Part shown: positions 37,591 to 50,748 of the stretch, one piece after another
Layout of the letters: the number at the start of each line of letters is the position of its first letter
Numbering within the stretch: position 1 is the first letter of the stretch
Assembly (NCBI GenBank): GCA_004022145.1
Contig: RCNU01000020.1
From: Paecilomyces variotii
Taxonomy: Eukaryota
Direction: 5' to 3' (one strand)
DNA: 64,000 bases
Notes under the pieces: generated by a model
The model's database searches: none
Seen by the model: the letters and a program-made list of their open reading frames with translations, nothing else
What the model was told of the DNA's origin: nothing
Position numbers and translations under genes: made by a program

Positions 37591-40500
37591 TTATTTCCAG
37601 GCGCTGAGTCCAGCCCATGGGTCGCCCGATGAGGGAGGCTGCGGTGTCTGTGATTGCGACGGTACCTTGTGGTGCTGGCTCACGCCGTAAGGTCGATTTT
37701 GCGCGTAGCCACCCGGTCCAGAAGGGTATGGACCGCTGGATGGCGGGTACGTCGTCGTGGATGGACGGCGAGGCGGCGGAGGTGGGATGTAGCCCTGCGG
37801 CATGTACGGCGCGCGTGAGGGTGCCGGTGCAGGGGTGGCACTGGGGTATCCGCTATACGGAGTAGCTGTTGGTGAAAAGAATTGCTGGTTCGGCGGCGGG
37901 GAGACGGGACTTGGGTAGGGATATGCCATTGGATTGTACCCTTCAGAGAGGGGGATGGCCGCGCCCTGTTGGTATGGTTGACCGGGGATATAGGGTGCCG
38001 GCGCAGTAGGAGAGATGTATTGCCCGTACGGCGCCGGTGACTGGGAGGGCGGGATGTGTTGAAGGGGAGCGGTCGGAGGGTAATGTGGTGACACTGTAGG
38101 GGATCTGGTGCCTCCACTGGAAGGAGTCTTTGAGGGAACAGCAGGTCTTGACTTTGGAGACGAAGATGATGGGGACGGATCTGTGGATAGGCGCTCCATG
38201 AGCTGTCTTAACTTTTCTCTCTCGCGATCCTCACTGCCAGATGCACCACTAGCCTTCTCGCGTTCGATCTGGTTGAGAAGCTGCGCACCTTCGGCTCGTC
38301 GGTTGTTGACGAACGTATCGACATTCTTTCTGAGGTTGTCCACAGTATCTCCCATCTCCGAATAGAATGTCTGCGCCTGCACCAGTCCGGAAAGTAGCCC
38401 GTTGAAAGCGTCGTACACCTTCTTGTATCGTGCCATGACCGTATTGCGCTGACGAGTGATACTTTCATACTTTGACTGCTCCGCCCGGACACGCTTGTCT
38501 TGAAGGAGTTCGCTATATGTCTTGGTCAACTCCTTCATCAGGGATGCCTGCTTGTGATTCGCCTGGAGCAATCTGTTCTGGTGAGGCCTGAACTTCTCGA
38601 GCTCGGCCTGGAAGAGCTGGTTTTCTTGGTTGACTATCGACTTCTTGTTCAGAATCAGGACATTGGAGATGTCATCATTGTGAACCTATTCCGTTAGCGT
38701 CACTGTCTAAAACAGTCGAAAGATACCTGAGCGCTTACCTTTTCTTTCAGATCCTTCAAGACCTGCGCCCGCTCCCTTTTGACGAGGTTGAGCTTCTTCA
38801 ACAGTTCTTCTACCCTTGCAATCTGCTCAGCTACAGATGTACCGCCTTCGTCGACATCGTCAATCAAGCTTCCTTCCGACGCTACGGAGTAGGAGCCGCT
38901 GTGGCCATTCTTGGCCTTTTGTTTCGAGCCCGCCTTGATCATGGCGCGCTGGAAGAGCACGTCGACCTCATCAGTCTCAACCGCAGAACGAATCTCCTCG
39001 AAATCCGCCTCGTAATGCCTGGCGGTGGCCATAAGTTGCGCGTCACTTGTGCTGGCTTCATTGATCGTGTCACGGTAGCTTCGGATATCATTGCGGAAAG
39101 TGGCTGTCAGTCTGGAACTGGGCTGCTGAGTCCAGTCCGCGCCATATTTGGTACGCATTTTCTCGCAGACGCTCTCCTCGAGATCTAGCTGTTTGGTGCA
39201 GGATGCCAATGTATCCAGAATCTCAGATTTGCGCCCCTGGAGCTCGTCAAACTCCTTATAGAACGGCTCATGACCAGCCAGCTCCTCGCACCAATTCCGA
39301 AATTCCTCGTCCACCGTCATCCCCTGGTCTGTTCCGCCTTTCAAGATGTTGAGACTACCGGGCAACTTCAAGTAGTCAAGGCTGGCGGCCATCTCTCCGT
39401 TTGCGGTTTCCACTTTCTCCGTCTCTGCTCGGATAAGCTTCGCCTTCTCTTCATCATACAAACTGGCCGACTCGGTCACAGACATGGGAACCAGCTTCTG
39501 GAAGATGTCCGGGCCGATAATCCGCTGGATGTCCTGGCCCTGGTAGAGCTCACTAACTGGGATCGCCTTGGCTGCCGGAAGCTTGGAGACCACGGAGAGG
39601 CCGGCTTCGTTAGGCACGGGCTGATGGTAGATGAAGTCATTGTCCTTGATAAACGTAGAAAGCTTCTCTTGTACAGTTACTAGATGCTGTTTCACGATTG
39701 TTTGGAGACTGGTCCCCGCCTCTACCGTCAAGTTGGAGTTGGCAGGTACAGACGACGGGTAGGATTTTGCGGTATTCACAGCACTGGTCGACTGTTTCTC
39801 TGCCAGCTGAAGTCTTGCGATAGCGACACCGTGTGATCCACTCTCAGCATCGGCCAGCGCTTGATAGTAAGACGCAACGGATGACATGTGGGATGCTTTG
39901 GCTTGGAGCACGATGGACCAGACCTTTTCAAAAACACCTTTCCCGGCATTGTCCGTGACTGTTTCTGATGCTTGGGTATAAAGGTATGCCGCTTGGCTGG
40001 CCAGCTTGGCCAGAAAGCCATGTTTCTTGCCGTCCACAATCTGCTTTTCCAGAAAGACTTCCTGCCCTTGAGCCAGGGTTATGTTGATCAACGTCTTCAC
40101 GGTTTCTCGACTCAAATCCGTTGACGGCGCATGTAGGAAGTTCTCGTTGATGTAGGTGAACATACCCGCAGAGGCTTGGAAGGAATGGTAGGCGGTCTTG
40201 AGGCCCGCATCCTCAGCACGGTTCTGGTTGGCGCCATGGCAGGACAGGACAGCTGAAATGTTGAAGATGATGGAAGCCTTTTCATAGGCGAGAGAGTATT
40301 GGGAGATGGCTTTGTGCGTAAAAGCGTCGTACCTGGAAGGCGGTTGGGTTCAGTCTTAGCTTGCAACGAGCTATTTCAAGCAGCGATCTTACCATGTGAA
40401 CGAGATCTTGATGTGATTCTCATCGATGGGAAATCTGAGATCCAGTAGTTCCAGCTGGCCGTAGTATCGATACAGCAGATCGCGTCCAGCAGCGCTATCC

Positions 40501-40670
40501 TTGCCTGCACCTCTCATGTCCTGGCGCAACCGATTCAGCGTTGCGCACTCTTCGTTATATCTGTCCGGATCATCACCGTAGACCGTCCTGATGTAGTCCT
40601 TGAGCGGACGTACCCAGTCGATCTCGTTGGTCTGCTTCAGCGGACATGATAACATCGGCGACTGGACCAT
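37591..40670 (-). CDS. bro1: ESCRT-associated vacuolar protein sorting protein Bro1 (Bro1 + V domain + Pro-rich tail), ~988 aa; introns 40333-40392 and 38686-38738
   Basis: MVQSPMLSCPLKQTNEIDW, LNRLRQDMRGAG, YRYYGQLELL, FTWYDAF, AYEKASIIFN, KDNDFIYHQ and a Pro/Tyr-rich C-terminus. The N-terminus fits Bro1 rather than PalA/Rim20. Confidence 0.92.
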
Positions 40671-42011
40671 CTTGACGGTGGATTGCAGCTCCGGCTGCCC
40701 ATCAAATACCAGCAACGACGGCTGGAAACTCTTTTGGCACCGACGCGGGTAACTGAGAGAATGTGTTCCGTACGTCAGAGGATCGCGGGCTGTGTGGGGT
40801 AATACCTAGTGGTTTAGTTCGGACGTCGGCGGCTGGAGGCACATCAGCTTGGGCTGGGGATTGTAACCGCTGGGAATTGAACTGTTCTGAAAGAGTAGGT
40901 GGATTTGGCTGCCGTTCAGATAAAGCCGGCAGTACGCATGTCAAGTGTTGAAACAAAGGAGAACTGATGCAGGCAGAGAGGTTTCCTCAAGGGATGTCGG
41001 AGTTGGTGCCTTGGGCCGCCAAGATGGCTCCATCGTCCATGTTAACTAAAGTACTTAACTTACTCTTAAGCGCCGTGAAGCATCAAAACACTGCGACACT
41101 GGCAGTCTGGCGCTCTGGTTGGACCCTTGAGAGCGTTTCCAGCAGCGCCGGCACACCGTAAGGCACGGTGCCTCTCTCAGCCTTGCCTGACTCCAAGCAA
41201 ATGTCGTACAAAGCCTCTGAAATCTATTTACATTGATTTTTCTTAATTTCTCTTTAAGTCCTACGCGGGGTTACAGTTACACGGGTACTAATTGAGCTCG
41301 TATGCTGAAGGGTCTTCTCGGCTCTGGCAAAATTCATCGCAAGGGAAACACCAAGACTGGAACAGATAGATCAAGTTACCCGCCAGTGTTTCGTCGGCGT
41401 CTATCCACTTATACGCATTCGTAAATACTGAAGACTCCCAGTTACCCAGAACGTGGCACATCTGTGGAGGTATTGCTATACTTAATATCCAGTCTTCGAT
41501 CCTGAAGCAAACTATATTGGTTGATCCTCGACCTACACTTTGATATGTGGACCTGACCTTGTCCATGCGCGATATAGAGTCACTTAGAATACTTATGGGT
41601 GAGTTTAAAGAAATAAATCGATGGATTTCCTTTCTGACAGCAAGTAGAAACGCAACAAAATAGGACAAGAAAGTAGGAAATGGAATATTCAGAAACAACA
41701 CGGCATACAAAACGAATCTTCAACGGTATTGTGGATCTTGAACAGGAGCTGGACTCGGGTCCGGATTCCCACACTGGCCAGAGTGCGTAAGATGTCGGAA
41801 ACTGCCTACAGGCAGACCTCCAGTCGGGTTTCTCCCACGCCTTTCTAGCTCCACCCACAGGGATAAATAGGCTGAGCTAGTTGCTAGAGAATCCAAGCTC
41901 AGCGAGCTTCGCTCCAGATAAGATGCTGCTTGGCCCGCATACGTCCCTCGCAAGATAGGTGACTTCATGACCCAGGGAAACAAAGCAGACATCTTCCTGT
42001 AGATATCCGCA

Positions 42012-42536
42012 CTAATAGTAGGCTCCCCGGTCGAGTTCAAGGGGCGTCTGATCTGGCCACAGCTTAATAACCCCGTTCTTTGCAGCTGTAACTTGTGCCG
42101 TGTCCGTGATAAGCTGATGCTGATGTAGCAGATTGATCTGATCCGTCGTCCAAAATCTACAACCAACTCCGTTTGAATCGAATTCGTATTTGTGGCGTCC
42201 ATTCTGGATCAGCAAATCGTAAACATGTTTGACCTTCAGACCTGGGGCGGTGTTGAGAAAGAACTGTGCTTGAGCATCGCTGGAGAGAATATAGGACAGC
42301 TCAGAGATGATTACATAGGCTTTGGAGCCTCCAGGCAGAATGGTGCTTGGGACAGAGTAACTGGGCTGGCAATCGATTCTGACAGAGCTTTCGTCGGATG
42401 TCGCGAGGTAGAGACACCAATGATTTGTGCCGGCCTTTTTGCTGTGCGGCACAGCAATCAGATACTGAACCGGTAACTCCATCAACTGGGCCTGACGGTG
42501 TTTTGGTACGAAATTGACGGGCTGAAAGTTTGCCAT
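42012..42536 (-). CDS. Small fungal hypothetical protein (174 aa) with NHW...RHKYEF..GVGCRFW motifs (DUF7770-like from memory; putative Cys/His hydrolase)
   Basis: Clean ORF with good start context and a candidate 5'UTR intron at 42562-42615 (GTATGT..CAG). Confidence 0.75.
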   Translation of the reverse strand: MANFQPVNFVPKHRQAQLMELPVQYLIAVPHSKKAGTNHWCLYLATSDESSVRIDCQPSYSVPSTILPGGSKAYVIISELSYILSSDAQAQFFLNTAPGLKVKHVYDLLIQNGRHKYEFDSNGVGCRFWTTDQINLLHQHQLITDTAQVTAAKNGVIKLWPDQTPLELDRGAYY

Positions 42537-43540
42537 TCTTTAGATTATGTGTCGGAGAGTCCTGGTACAAGTTAAATTCTGCAATGTATAACACCACAAC
42601 GACATGGACACATACCTAACACGGTAACAGGTAGAACAAGAAGTTCAAGGAAAGGCGAGGAGAATATATTTCGCGTAAGTTTGTCAAAGGATGGACTTGG
42701 AGCAGTAAATGAGTGCCCTTAAATATTGTGTCAGATCCCGCGGCTTCTACAGGGGGCGAGCTGCAAACCTGCTGCTTCCCTATACAAACCGGATAGCAGC
42801 TGCAACGGGAAGCTACCTAGATCCACCTGTATAGGATCAAAGAATACGGGAGTAGAACCGTGGAACAGTTTAATTAGATGTTCAGCTCAGGGATAGAGTC
42901 AAGGGGCATATAAATAGCTGGTAGATTTCGGTGTCAATTAGTTCTTCAAGCAATCCAGAGATCATTCCATTTTCATACGCTTTCTCAGAATCTTTGCTTC
43001 CGTGATCTAGATCTTCACATGCTGTCGTTTTCCAAATTGCCCAAGCGCCTCGCTGGCTGTCGCCATGATGGACTGTTTCAGAACTCGCCGTACACATGAT
43101 AAATGGAAGCCTGAGAAGCCGAATTGCTATAATTAGAGGTTTAAAGTTGAGGTCAGCGCGTAGAGGGACTAATCATTGACGGAATCGCGATCAATCTTTC
43201 ATTATATGTGCCGCTCAAGGGAATCCAGGAAGAGAGGGGAGCCAATGGAGGTCAAATGTCCTCGTCGTAAGTCGGATGTTCATACAAACTTATCTCAACC
43301 GCCGTCCTAGGTAAAGCCAGCGGGACTCAGAACCCACCCGAGCGCTAACGGGCATACAGCTCAGCGCTAACTTCTACAACCTAGATGCATAGTTAACTAA
43401 CAATAGCATCAACAATCTTCAACTTTTCCACATTCAGCTTACCTACCCTTTTCTTTTCTTTTCTTTTTTTTTTTTTTGCCCTCTTGAAATAGTACTTCCA
43501 TACACACCCAGCTTTTTCCCTTCTCAGAAGGATTGGAGAT

Positions 43541-44469
43541 ATGGAAGGACTTTTCCGCCCATTCACCGATGTATTGACTCCCTTCTTAATTCCTTCCGGG
43601 AGTGAATGTTGCACTAACAATCTCGACAGCCGGCCAGTAGGGCCTCGGACAGGGCATTCCCGCTGGATGACAAGGACATCGACCGCGTATCCGACGAATC
43701 CCTCATCAACCTCTTCAAGTCTGCTCCGATCATTTACAAGCTCGGCCAAACGAGGGTGGTGCGATTGTCTAAGGATCTCGTTTTAAAAGGCGGCGGCAAT
43801 GTGCTGCCTTGTGAGACAAATGTCCTTCAACTAGTCGCATCAAAGTCCAATATTCGAGCTCCTCGTGTCCATCGGTCTATCCATTTCAACGACAATACGA
43901 AATATTTTAGCATGATGGGGTATATTGTGATGGATTATATCGACGGTGAACCGCTTGATCGCTGCTGGAGCGACCTCAGTGATGAACAAAAGATGGATGT
44001 CGCGAAGCAGACGGCCCAGATGATTATTGAAATGCAATCCATCAAACTATTGGAGCCAGGTCCAATCGGCGGGGGCCCATGTCGCGGTCGCTTCTTCACG
44101 CACTACAGTGCCGGGCCTTTCAAGGACGCGGCTGAATTCGAGGGCTGGTTCAACCACAAGTTGGACATCTGTAAACACTACAAGCACGCATCGTCAGACC
44201 TTCCGCCCTTCAAGTTCACCGAGTTTGTTCTCACCCACCAGGACATCAGTCCGCGAAACCTGGTTCTGGACCGAAACGGCCTGGTGTGGTTCGTGGACTG
44301 GGCAGATGCGGGTGCGTATCCCCCGGCCTTCGAGATGGCAGCTCTACGCTATCAGTCTCAGTTCACCGACTTTAATGACATGGTGCTGTCATTACTCCCG
44401 CGATACCCTTTGGAAGAACAGCAATTATGTTCTATTGAATACGGCCTTTTAACAGCTGCATTTGCTTGA
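43541..44469 (+). CDS. Aminoglycoside phosphotransferase (APH)/choline-kinase-like protein (~289 aa); intron 43571-43629
   Basis: LVLKGG, APRVH, YIVMDYIDGEPL, Brenner motif THQDISPRNL, VDWADAGAYP. The intron GTATTG..ACTAAC..CAG restores the frame. Confidence 0.88.
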
Positions 44470-44619
44470 TTATTTCTGGATGGACAGCATTCAGGCTATA
44501 ACACTACTTGAGATGCAGCATACGGCCCTAGTATACCTAGGTAGTGTCTATCGAGATCTGTCGTTAGTTGAACTTAGGCGCGAGGGTTGCTGGACAGGAA
44601 GTTAAAGCCTAACGCGCTT

Positions 44620-44760
44620 TAAGTCTCAATTTAATATAATTAGTTTTTATTATTAGTGTTAGATATTTCTTAATTTCAATATATTTATTTTGATTCTATA
44701 TTAATAGAAATAAGTAGCGCTATATTAATGATTTTATACTCTTTATATAGAGTAAATAGC
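44620..44760. other. AT/TpA-rich patch at the right edge of the accessory island
   Basis: Very low GC (TTAATATAATTAGTTTTTATTATTAG...). Confidence 0.4.
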
Positions 44761-45031
44761 AGCATTTTGCAGCTCGCCCACGAAGTAGAAGTAGAGATGT
44801 CTTGTGAGTACTATAGTACAAGATATGGCTCCAAAGTCTATTGGTACATCATCCTGAGGGCTGCCACAGGCTCATCAACGTGCAACCCGATCCCCGAGAG
44901 AAATAGAAGGAAAAAAGGAGCATATACAATAAACAAGTAGATAGAACCCAATATCGCCGTCGCTATGATATAGTTAAAAACACAGTATAAACGATGAAGC
45001 GAAAAGTGACGCCGTCGCGTTCAAACATACA

Positions 45032-46809
45032 CTATTTCGACCCGGATGCCTTCTTCTGGTCATCGGAATCCTGCTTACCCTCATCCTTCTTCCGACCTTC
45101 AGCGTCCTTCGCGGAATCGGACTTGTGCTGGTGCATCAGTCGGTGCCAGGCAGACTTCAGGAAGCCTTCGTTTTTGTGGGAATCAGATGCGGTCGATGTC
45201 TCCGAGCTACTGGCTATGTCAGCAGCTCGATTTCATGGGAGGAAAAAAAAAGCAATAGATGACTGCCTGACTGCCTACCTTTCCTTTCCAATATTCATGA
45301 TCCGCTTGGCCGACTTGTCTCCCATCTCATCGGCCAGGACTTCGAGGATCGTGCGCTGGTTAGCAGTGAGCGACTTGGGCATCTGGACCTTGAATTCCAC
45401 CCTCAGATCCCCGTTGGCCTGCAGGCCTCGCCGGCCTCCAAGCTTCCGCATGCCCATACCGGACAAGGTGATCTTGTCGCCAGTACCAGTTCCGGTAGCC
45501 ACTCGAACCTTGACCTCCCCGTCCAACGTCGGCACAGTCACCTCACCTCCCAGAACGGCAGTGGTAAGAGGAATGGAGGCCGTGTAGAGGATGTCCGACC
45601 CTGAGCGGCTAAAGCGGTGATCAGGCGATACGCGGATAAACACATAGAGGTCACCGCGCTGCGTGCGAGCACCTGGAGCTGCAGCGGTGCCTGTAGGAGG
45701 CGCATCTCCCTCACCGGCCACTCGCAACCGCATGCCGTCCTCAACTCCTCCAGGGATATCGACATGAACCGTCCGTCGATCTCTCACGACACCGTTACCA
45801 TGACAGGTTCCACACTCGGAGCCTGGAGGCACAACCTGTCCGTTTCCACCGCAGGCGTCACACGTGCTGGCCACCTGGAATCCTCCCTGCATGAAATGAA
45901 CCCTGGTTCCCGAGCCATTGCACTGCTTGCATTGGGACCGCTTCGCGCCTTTCTTCAACCCATCCCCATTACAGGTGTTGCATGGCACCAGAGGGGTGAT
46001 GAAGATATCCTTGCCCGTTCCCTTTGCGGCTTCCATGAAGGAGACATTTGTCTGGACCTCGATATCTTCACCAACCAGAATAGACTCCTGGAAAGGCGAC
46101 CGTCGCCCTCGAGGGCCCCGTCGAGCACCACCGGTAAATGCGCTGAAGATGTCGTCGAAATTGATGTCGCCAGTGAAGCCTCCACCGAACCCGCCTCCGC
46201 CAAACCCGCCTCCGAAGCCATGGAAGCCTCCTGCTCCGGCGAACGGGTTGCCGCCGGCCGCACCACTGGGATCGAATCCTCCATTCTGGTCGAAGGCCGC
46301 AGAGCCAAAACGGTCGTACGCTTCTCTCTTCTTGGGATCGGACAGTAACTCGTATGCCGACTGCGCCTCGGCGAATTTCTCCTTCGCGTTCGGTTCCTTG
46401 TTGGTGTCTGGGTGGAATTTCTTCGCAGCGCCATAATACGCCCGCTTGATGTCTGCCTGGGACGCATTCTTGTCCACTCCCAGCACCTTGTAGGGATCCG
46501 GGGTGGCCAGACGCGGCGAGGAGCTATGGAACGGCTAGATACGAATGTCAGCATTCATCCTTCGACCTCTTTGAAATCTTGCTCAGAGAACGTGCCACCT
46601 ACCTTGCATGGGTTCAAAAAGACGATCGTCTTGTTACATTGAACGGCACCAGGACGTCTTGCGCTGGAGGACTTGGTGTTGGTGTAAAATGTTCTTGTTT
46701 GGGTCCGCCGTTGCACTTCCGTACATTGCTGGGAGCATGTCCGCGACGTCCGCAGCAGACGAGCGGGAATCGCAGCCGCCTTGGGCAGGGCAGCGGGAGA
46801 TGCACTCAT
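45032..46809 (-). CDS. mdj1: Mitochondrial DnaJ chaperone Mdj1 (~545 aa); introns 46535-46602 and 45207-45278
   Basis: Arg/Ser-rich presequence; J domain DPYKVLG...HPD; G/F region; four CxxCxGxG repeats; C-terminal substrate-binding domain. Confidence 0.93.
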
Positions 46810-47267
46810 TCTAGACGGGAGTAATTGCACTTCCGATTTGCGTGGAGGTGAACGGTGGAAAGAAAAACAGCCGTGTTAATGTTAATAATAATAGCCTTGT
46901 CCGGAGTTGACAGGATATGGCGCCGTCGAAGCAGCCTCATCGACGACCAGCGAATCTTCGAGTCTCTTTTTTCTCCGCCGGGAAGCTGTCGGATCCGGAG
47001 AAATATAAACCCGCGATGATTTCAACGCCGACGCTCGGGGATGTTTCGTCGCTTGATTCAGTAAGCAGTCAAGAGGGTTGATCTCGCCTCTCGTGCTCTT
47101 CCCTCTCGTGTCTTTTCTCTCTCGTCCTCTTCTCTCTTCCCGCTCTTAATTCCCCCTCTAGATCCGACCGGCTGTCATATCTTTGAGCCGGTGGATATCC
47201 GTTAAACCCCCCCATTGTTGCCCTCCCATCTCAATCCTACATACATAGCTCCGTTCGTCATAGGAGC

Positions 47268-50200
47268 ATGCTGCGCGGCCAAGCGGTTCACTGGAGAGCT
47301 GCCCTCCAACATGCACCACGACATGCGGCTGTGAGGCCATTCCTCGGGTCTCCCCGCTACCATGCGAACATCAGATCTGCTCTGAGCTCTCCCCGTCTTC
47401 TTCCAACCCTCCCGCCCGCATCCCGAACGTTCTCGTCGAGCGCGATCCGGCGGAAAGAGAAGGCCCCGCCCCCAGAGGACAAAGACCAAGACCAAGCAGA
47501 CGAGAATGAACAGAGTGAGACAAAAGCTGACAGAGATGCGGATCGGACACCGGAATCGCGACGGAAGCAGCCCGAGCTGCCAGAGAAGCAGGGTTCGTCG
47601 GCAGAGCTGAGCACACCGATCCCGAGCTCCGCCAAACGGAAGGACAAGTCGACCGGGGAGAAGGATGACTCAGGTCTGGAAGAAGACTCAAAGAAGGATC
47701 GTCCAAAGGAGCAACCGAAACCTGAAGAAGGAAAGGCTGAGGAGCTTCCGTCTCCGATCCCGGCCACTGCGGGATCGACAGAGTCCAAACCCAGCAGCGG
47801 CGGCAACGAGGATGGCGGGAAGAAAGGGAGGAAAGGATCCTCAGAGAAGGCGCTGCAGAAGCCCTCCATCCCGGATGTCTATCCTCAAGTGATGGCTATC
47901 CCGATTGCCAAGCGTCCTCTGTTCCCCGGTTTCTACAAAGCGATTACGATTCGAGACCCTAATGTGGCGACTGCGATTCAGGAAATGATGAAGCGTGGAC
48001 AACCCTACGTGGGAGCCTTCTTGTTCAAGGAGGAAGATGCGGATGGTGATGTGATCGAGAATCTGGATGACGTGCATAACGTTGGCGTTTTCGCTCAGAT
48101 CACAGCTGCGTATCCCCTTCGAGGAGAGGCAACTGGTGTCACAGCGGTGCTTTATCCTCACCGCAGGATCAAGATCAAGTCTCTGGAAACCCCCAGCGAC
48201 CCGTCACGGACGGCTACAACGGAGCCACAGCCTACCCGCGAGGGAACAGAGAAGCGCGGTGATGTGGTCGCCAGCTTCGAAGAAACCGCTGCCGAACAGA
48301 CTCCCAAGGACATTTATGAACCTACATCTTTCTTGCGGAAGTACGCAGTCAGTCTGGTCAATGTGGAGAATCTATCGGAGGAGCCACATGACAAGAAGAG
48401 CCCCATTATCCGCGCCGTGACAAGTGAGATCGTGAACGTCTGCAAGGAGATTGCGACCCTGAACCCGCTGTTTAGGGACCAGATTTCGGCCTTCTACACG
48501 GATCAATTCCCTGGAAATCTTAGTGATGAGCCTGCGAAGCTGGCAGATTTCGCTGCCGCAGTCTCTGCGGGTGAGTTGCATGAGATGCAGGAGGTCTTGG
48601 AGACCATGAATATCGAGGAGCGTCTTCCAAAGGCACTGGTTGTCCTAAAGAAGGAGCTGATGAATGCCCAACTGCAGTCCAAGATCTCCAAGGATGTCGA
48701 AGCCAAGATTCAAAAACGCCAACGCGAGTACTGGCTGATGGAACAGATGAAAGGCATCAAGCGAGAATTGGGCATCGAGTCTGATGGTAAGGATAAACTG
48801 GTTGAGAAGTTCAAGGAAAAGGCGCAGAAGCTGGCTATGCCAGAAGTTGTAAAGAAGGTGTTCGAGGAGGAACTGAACAAGCTTGCGCATCTGGAGCCTG
48901 CTGCCTCGGAATTTAATGTTACCCGGAACTACTTGGACTGGATCACCCAGATTCCCTGGGGCCAGAAGAGCGTGGAGAACTTCGGGATCAAACACGCAAT
49001 GTCCGTACTGGACGAAGATCACTATGGTCTGAAGGACGTCAAGGATCGCATCCTTGAGTTCATCGCCGTAGGAAAGCTTCGCGGCACCGTCGAGGGCAAG
49101 ATTCTCTGTCTCGTTGGCCCTCCCGGTGTCGGAAAGACTAGTATTGGAAAGTCCATCGCCCGTGCGCTGAACAGGCAATATTACCGATTTTCGGTTGGTG
49201 GTCTGACAGACGTCGCGGAGATCAAGGGTCATCGACGAACGTACGTCGGTGCTCTTCCTGGTCGCATCATTCAGGCGCTGAAGAAGTGTCAAACCGAGAA
49301 CCCCCTGATTCTGATCGATGAGGTTGATAAGATTGGACGTGGTCACCAGGGTGATCCATCTTCCGCTCTCCTCGAACTCCTTGACCCCGAACAGAACTCT
49401 TCCTTCCTGGATCACTACATGGATGTCCCTGTAGATTTGTCCAAGGTGCTTTTCGTCTGCACAGCCAACGTCACCGATACGATCCCCCGCCCGCTCCTTG
49501 ACCGAATGGAACTGATCGAGCTCTCCGGCTATGTGGCTGACGAGAAGATGGCGATTGCTGAGAGGTACCTAGCCCCGGCCGCCAAGGAGCTGAGTGGTCT
49601 GAAAGATGTGGATGTCAAGCTTCAGGAAGATGCTATCGAGGAGCTGATCAAGTCCTACTGCCGTGAGAGCGGTGTCCGAAACCTGAAGAAACAGATCGAG
49701 AAGGTTTACCGAAAGGCCGCTCTTAAGATCATTCAGGACCTTGGTGAGGATGCCATGCCCGAAGAGGCAGCGCTCACGGAAGAAGGCAAGGCCGCTCAGC
49801 CAGAATCTGAAAAGAATGAAACAGACCCCGTCCAGCCTCCTGAGGATCCCGAGAAGGCGACAGCCGAGACACCGCGCCTCGCCCTGAAGGTTCCCGAGTC
49901 AGTGCATGTTAGCATTGGCAAGGACAGTCTAAAGGATTACGTGGGACCTCCAGTTTTCACCTCCGACCGACTGTACGAAACGTTCCCTCCCGGTGTGACC
50001 ATGGGTTTGGCCTGGACTAGCATGGGTGGCGCTGCTCTCTACGTCGAATCTATCCTGGAGAACGCGTTGACAGCCAAGTCCCGACCCGGATTCGAGACCA
50101 CCGGAAACCTTATGAACGTCATGAAGGAATCCACTCAGATCGCTTACTCGTTTGCCAAGTCAGTAATGGCTAACCAGTTCCCTGAGAACCGGTTCTTCGA

Positions 50201-50748
50201 GAAGGCCAGGGTGCACTTGCATTGCCCGGAAGGTGCCGTTCAGAAAGATGGTATGTATTCATTTTCAGGATCCATGCTTTCCTTATTTTGCTAACAATCA
50301 GGCAGGCCCGTCCGCTGGTATCACCATGGCGACGTCTTTGCTTTCTCTGGCGCTTAATCACCCTCTCGACCCGACGATTGCCATGACCGGAGAACTCACC
50401 GTTACTGGCAAGGTGTTGCGCATCGGAGGTCTACGCGAAAAGACTGTGGCTGCTCGCCGTGCCGGAGCGAAGACTATCATCTTCCCCGCTGACAACATGT
50501 CCGACTGGCTCGAGCTGCCTGAGGTATGTGATTGCCCCGTTCATAATTTGCCTTAATCTGCTAACGCTTTTAATTTATAGAACATCAAGGACGGAATCGA
50601 GGGTCACCCTGCAAGCTGGTATTCCGACGTCTTCAACATCGTCTTCAAGGATCTTGACAAACAAGCTGCAAACCACATCTGGAAGGAGCAGCTTTCTGAC
50701 CGAGGCTCCAAGAAGATTGAAAGTGCGAAGGAGGAAGATGATGACTGA
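47268..50748 (+). CDS. pim1: Mitochondrial Lon protease (~1122 aa); introns 50251-50305 and 50524-50580
   Basis: Presequence, RPLFPGFYK, Walker [17 protein letters not shown], catalytic KDGPSAG after splicing, and IGGLREK. Confidence 0.97.

Noticed and set aside
37591..40670. PalA/Rim20 assignment
   Set aside because: The N-terminus and Pro-rich tail match Bro1, not PalA.
42882..43097. 71-aa ORF inside the island
   Set aside because: Too short and unidentifiable; at most a relic.
45617..49415. Long antisense ORFs over mdj1 and pim1
   Set aside because: Codon-bias shadows of real genes.
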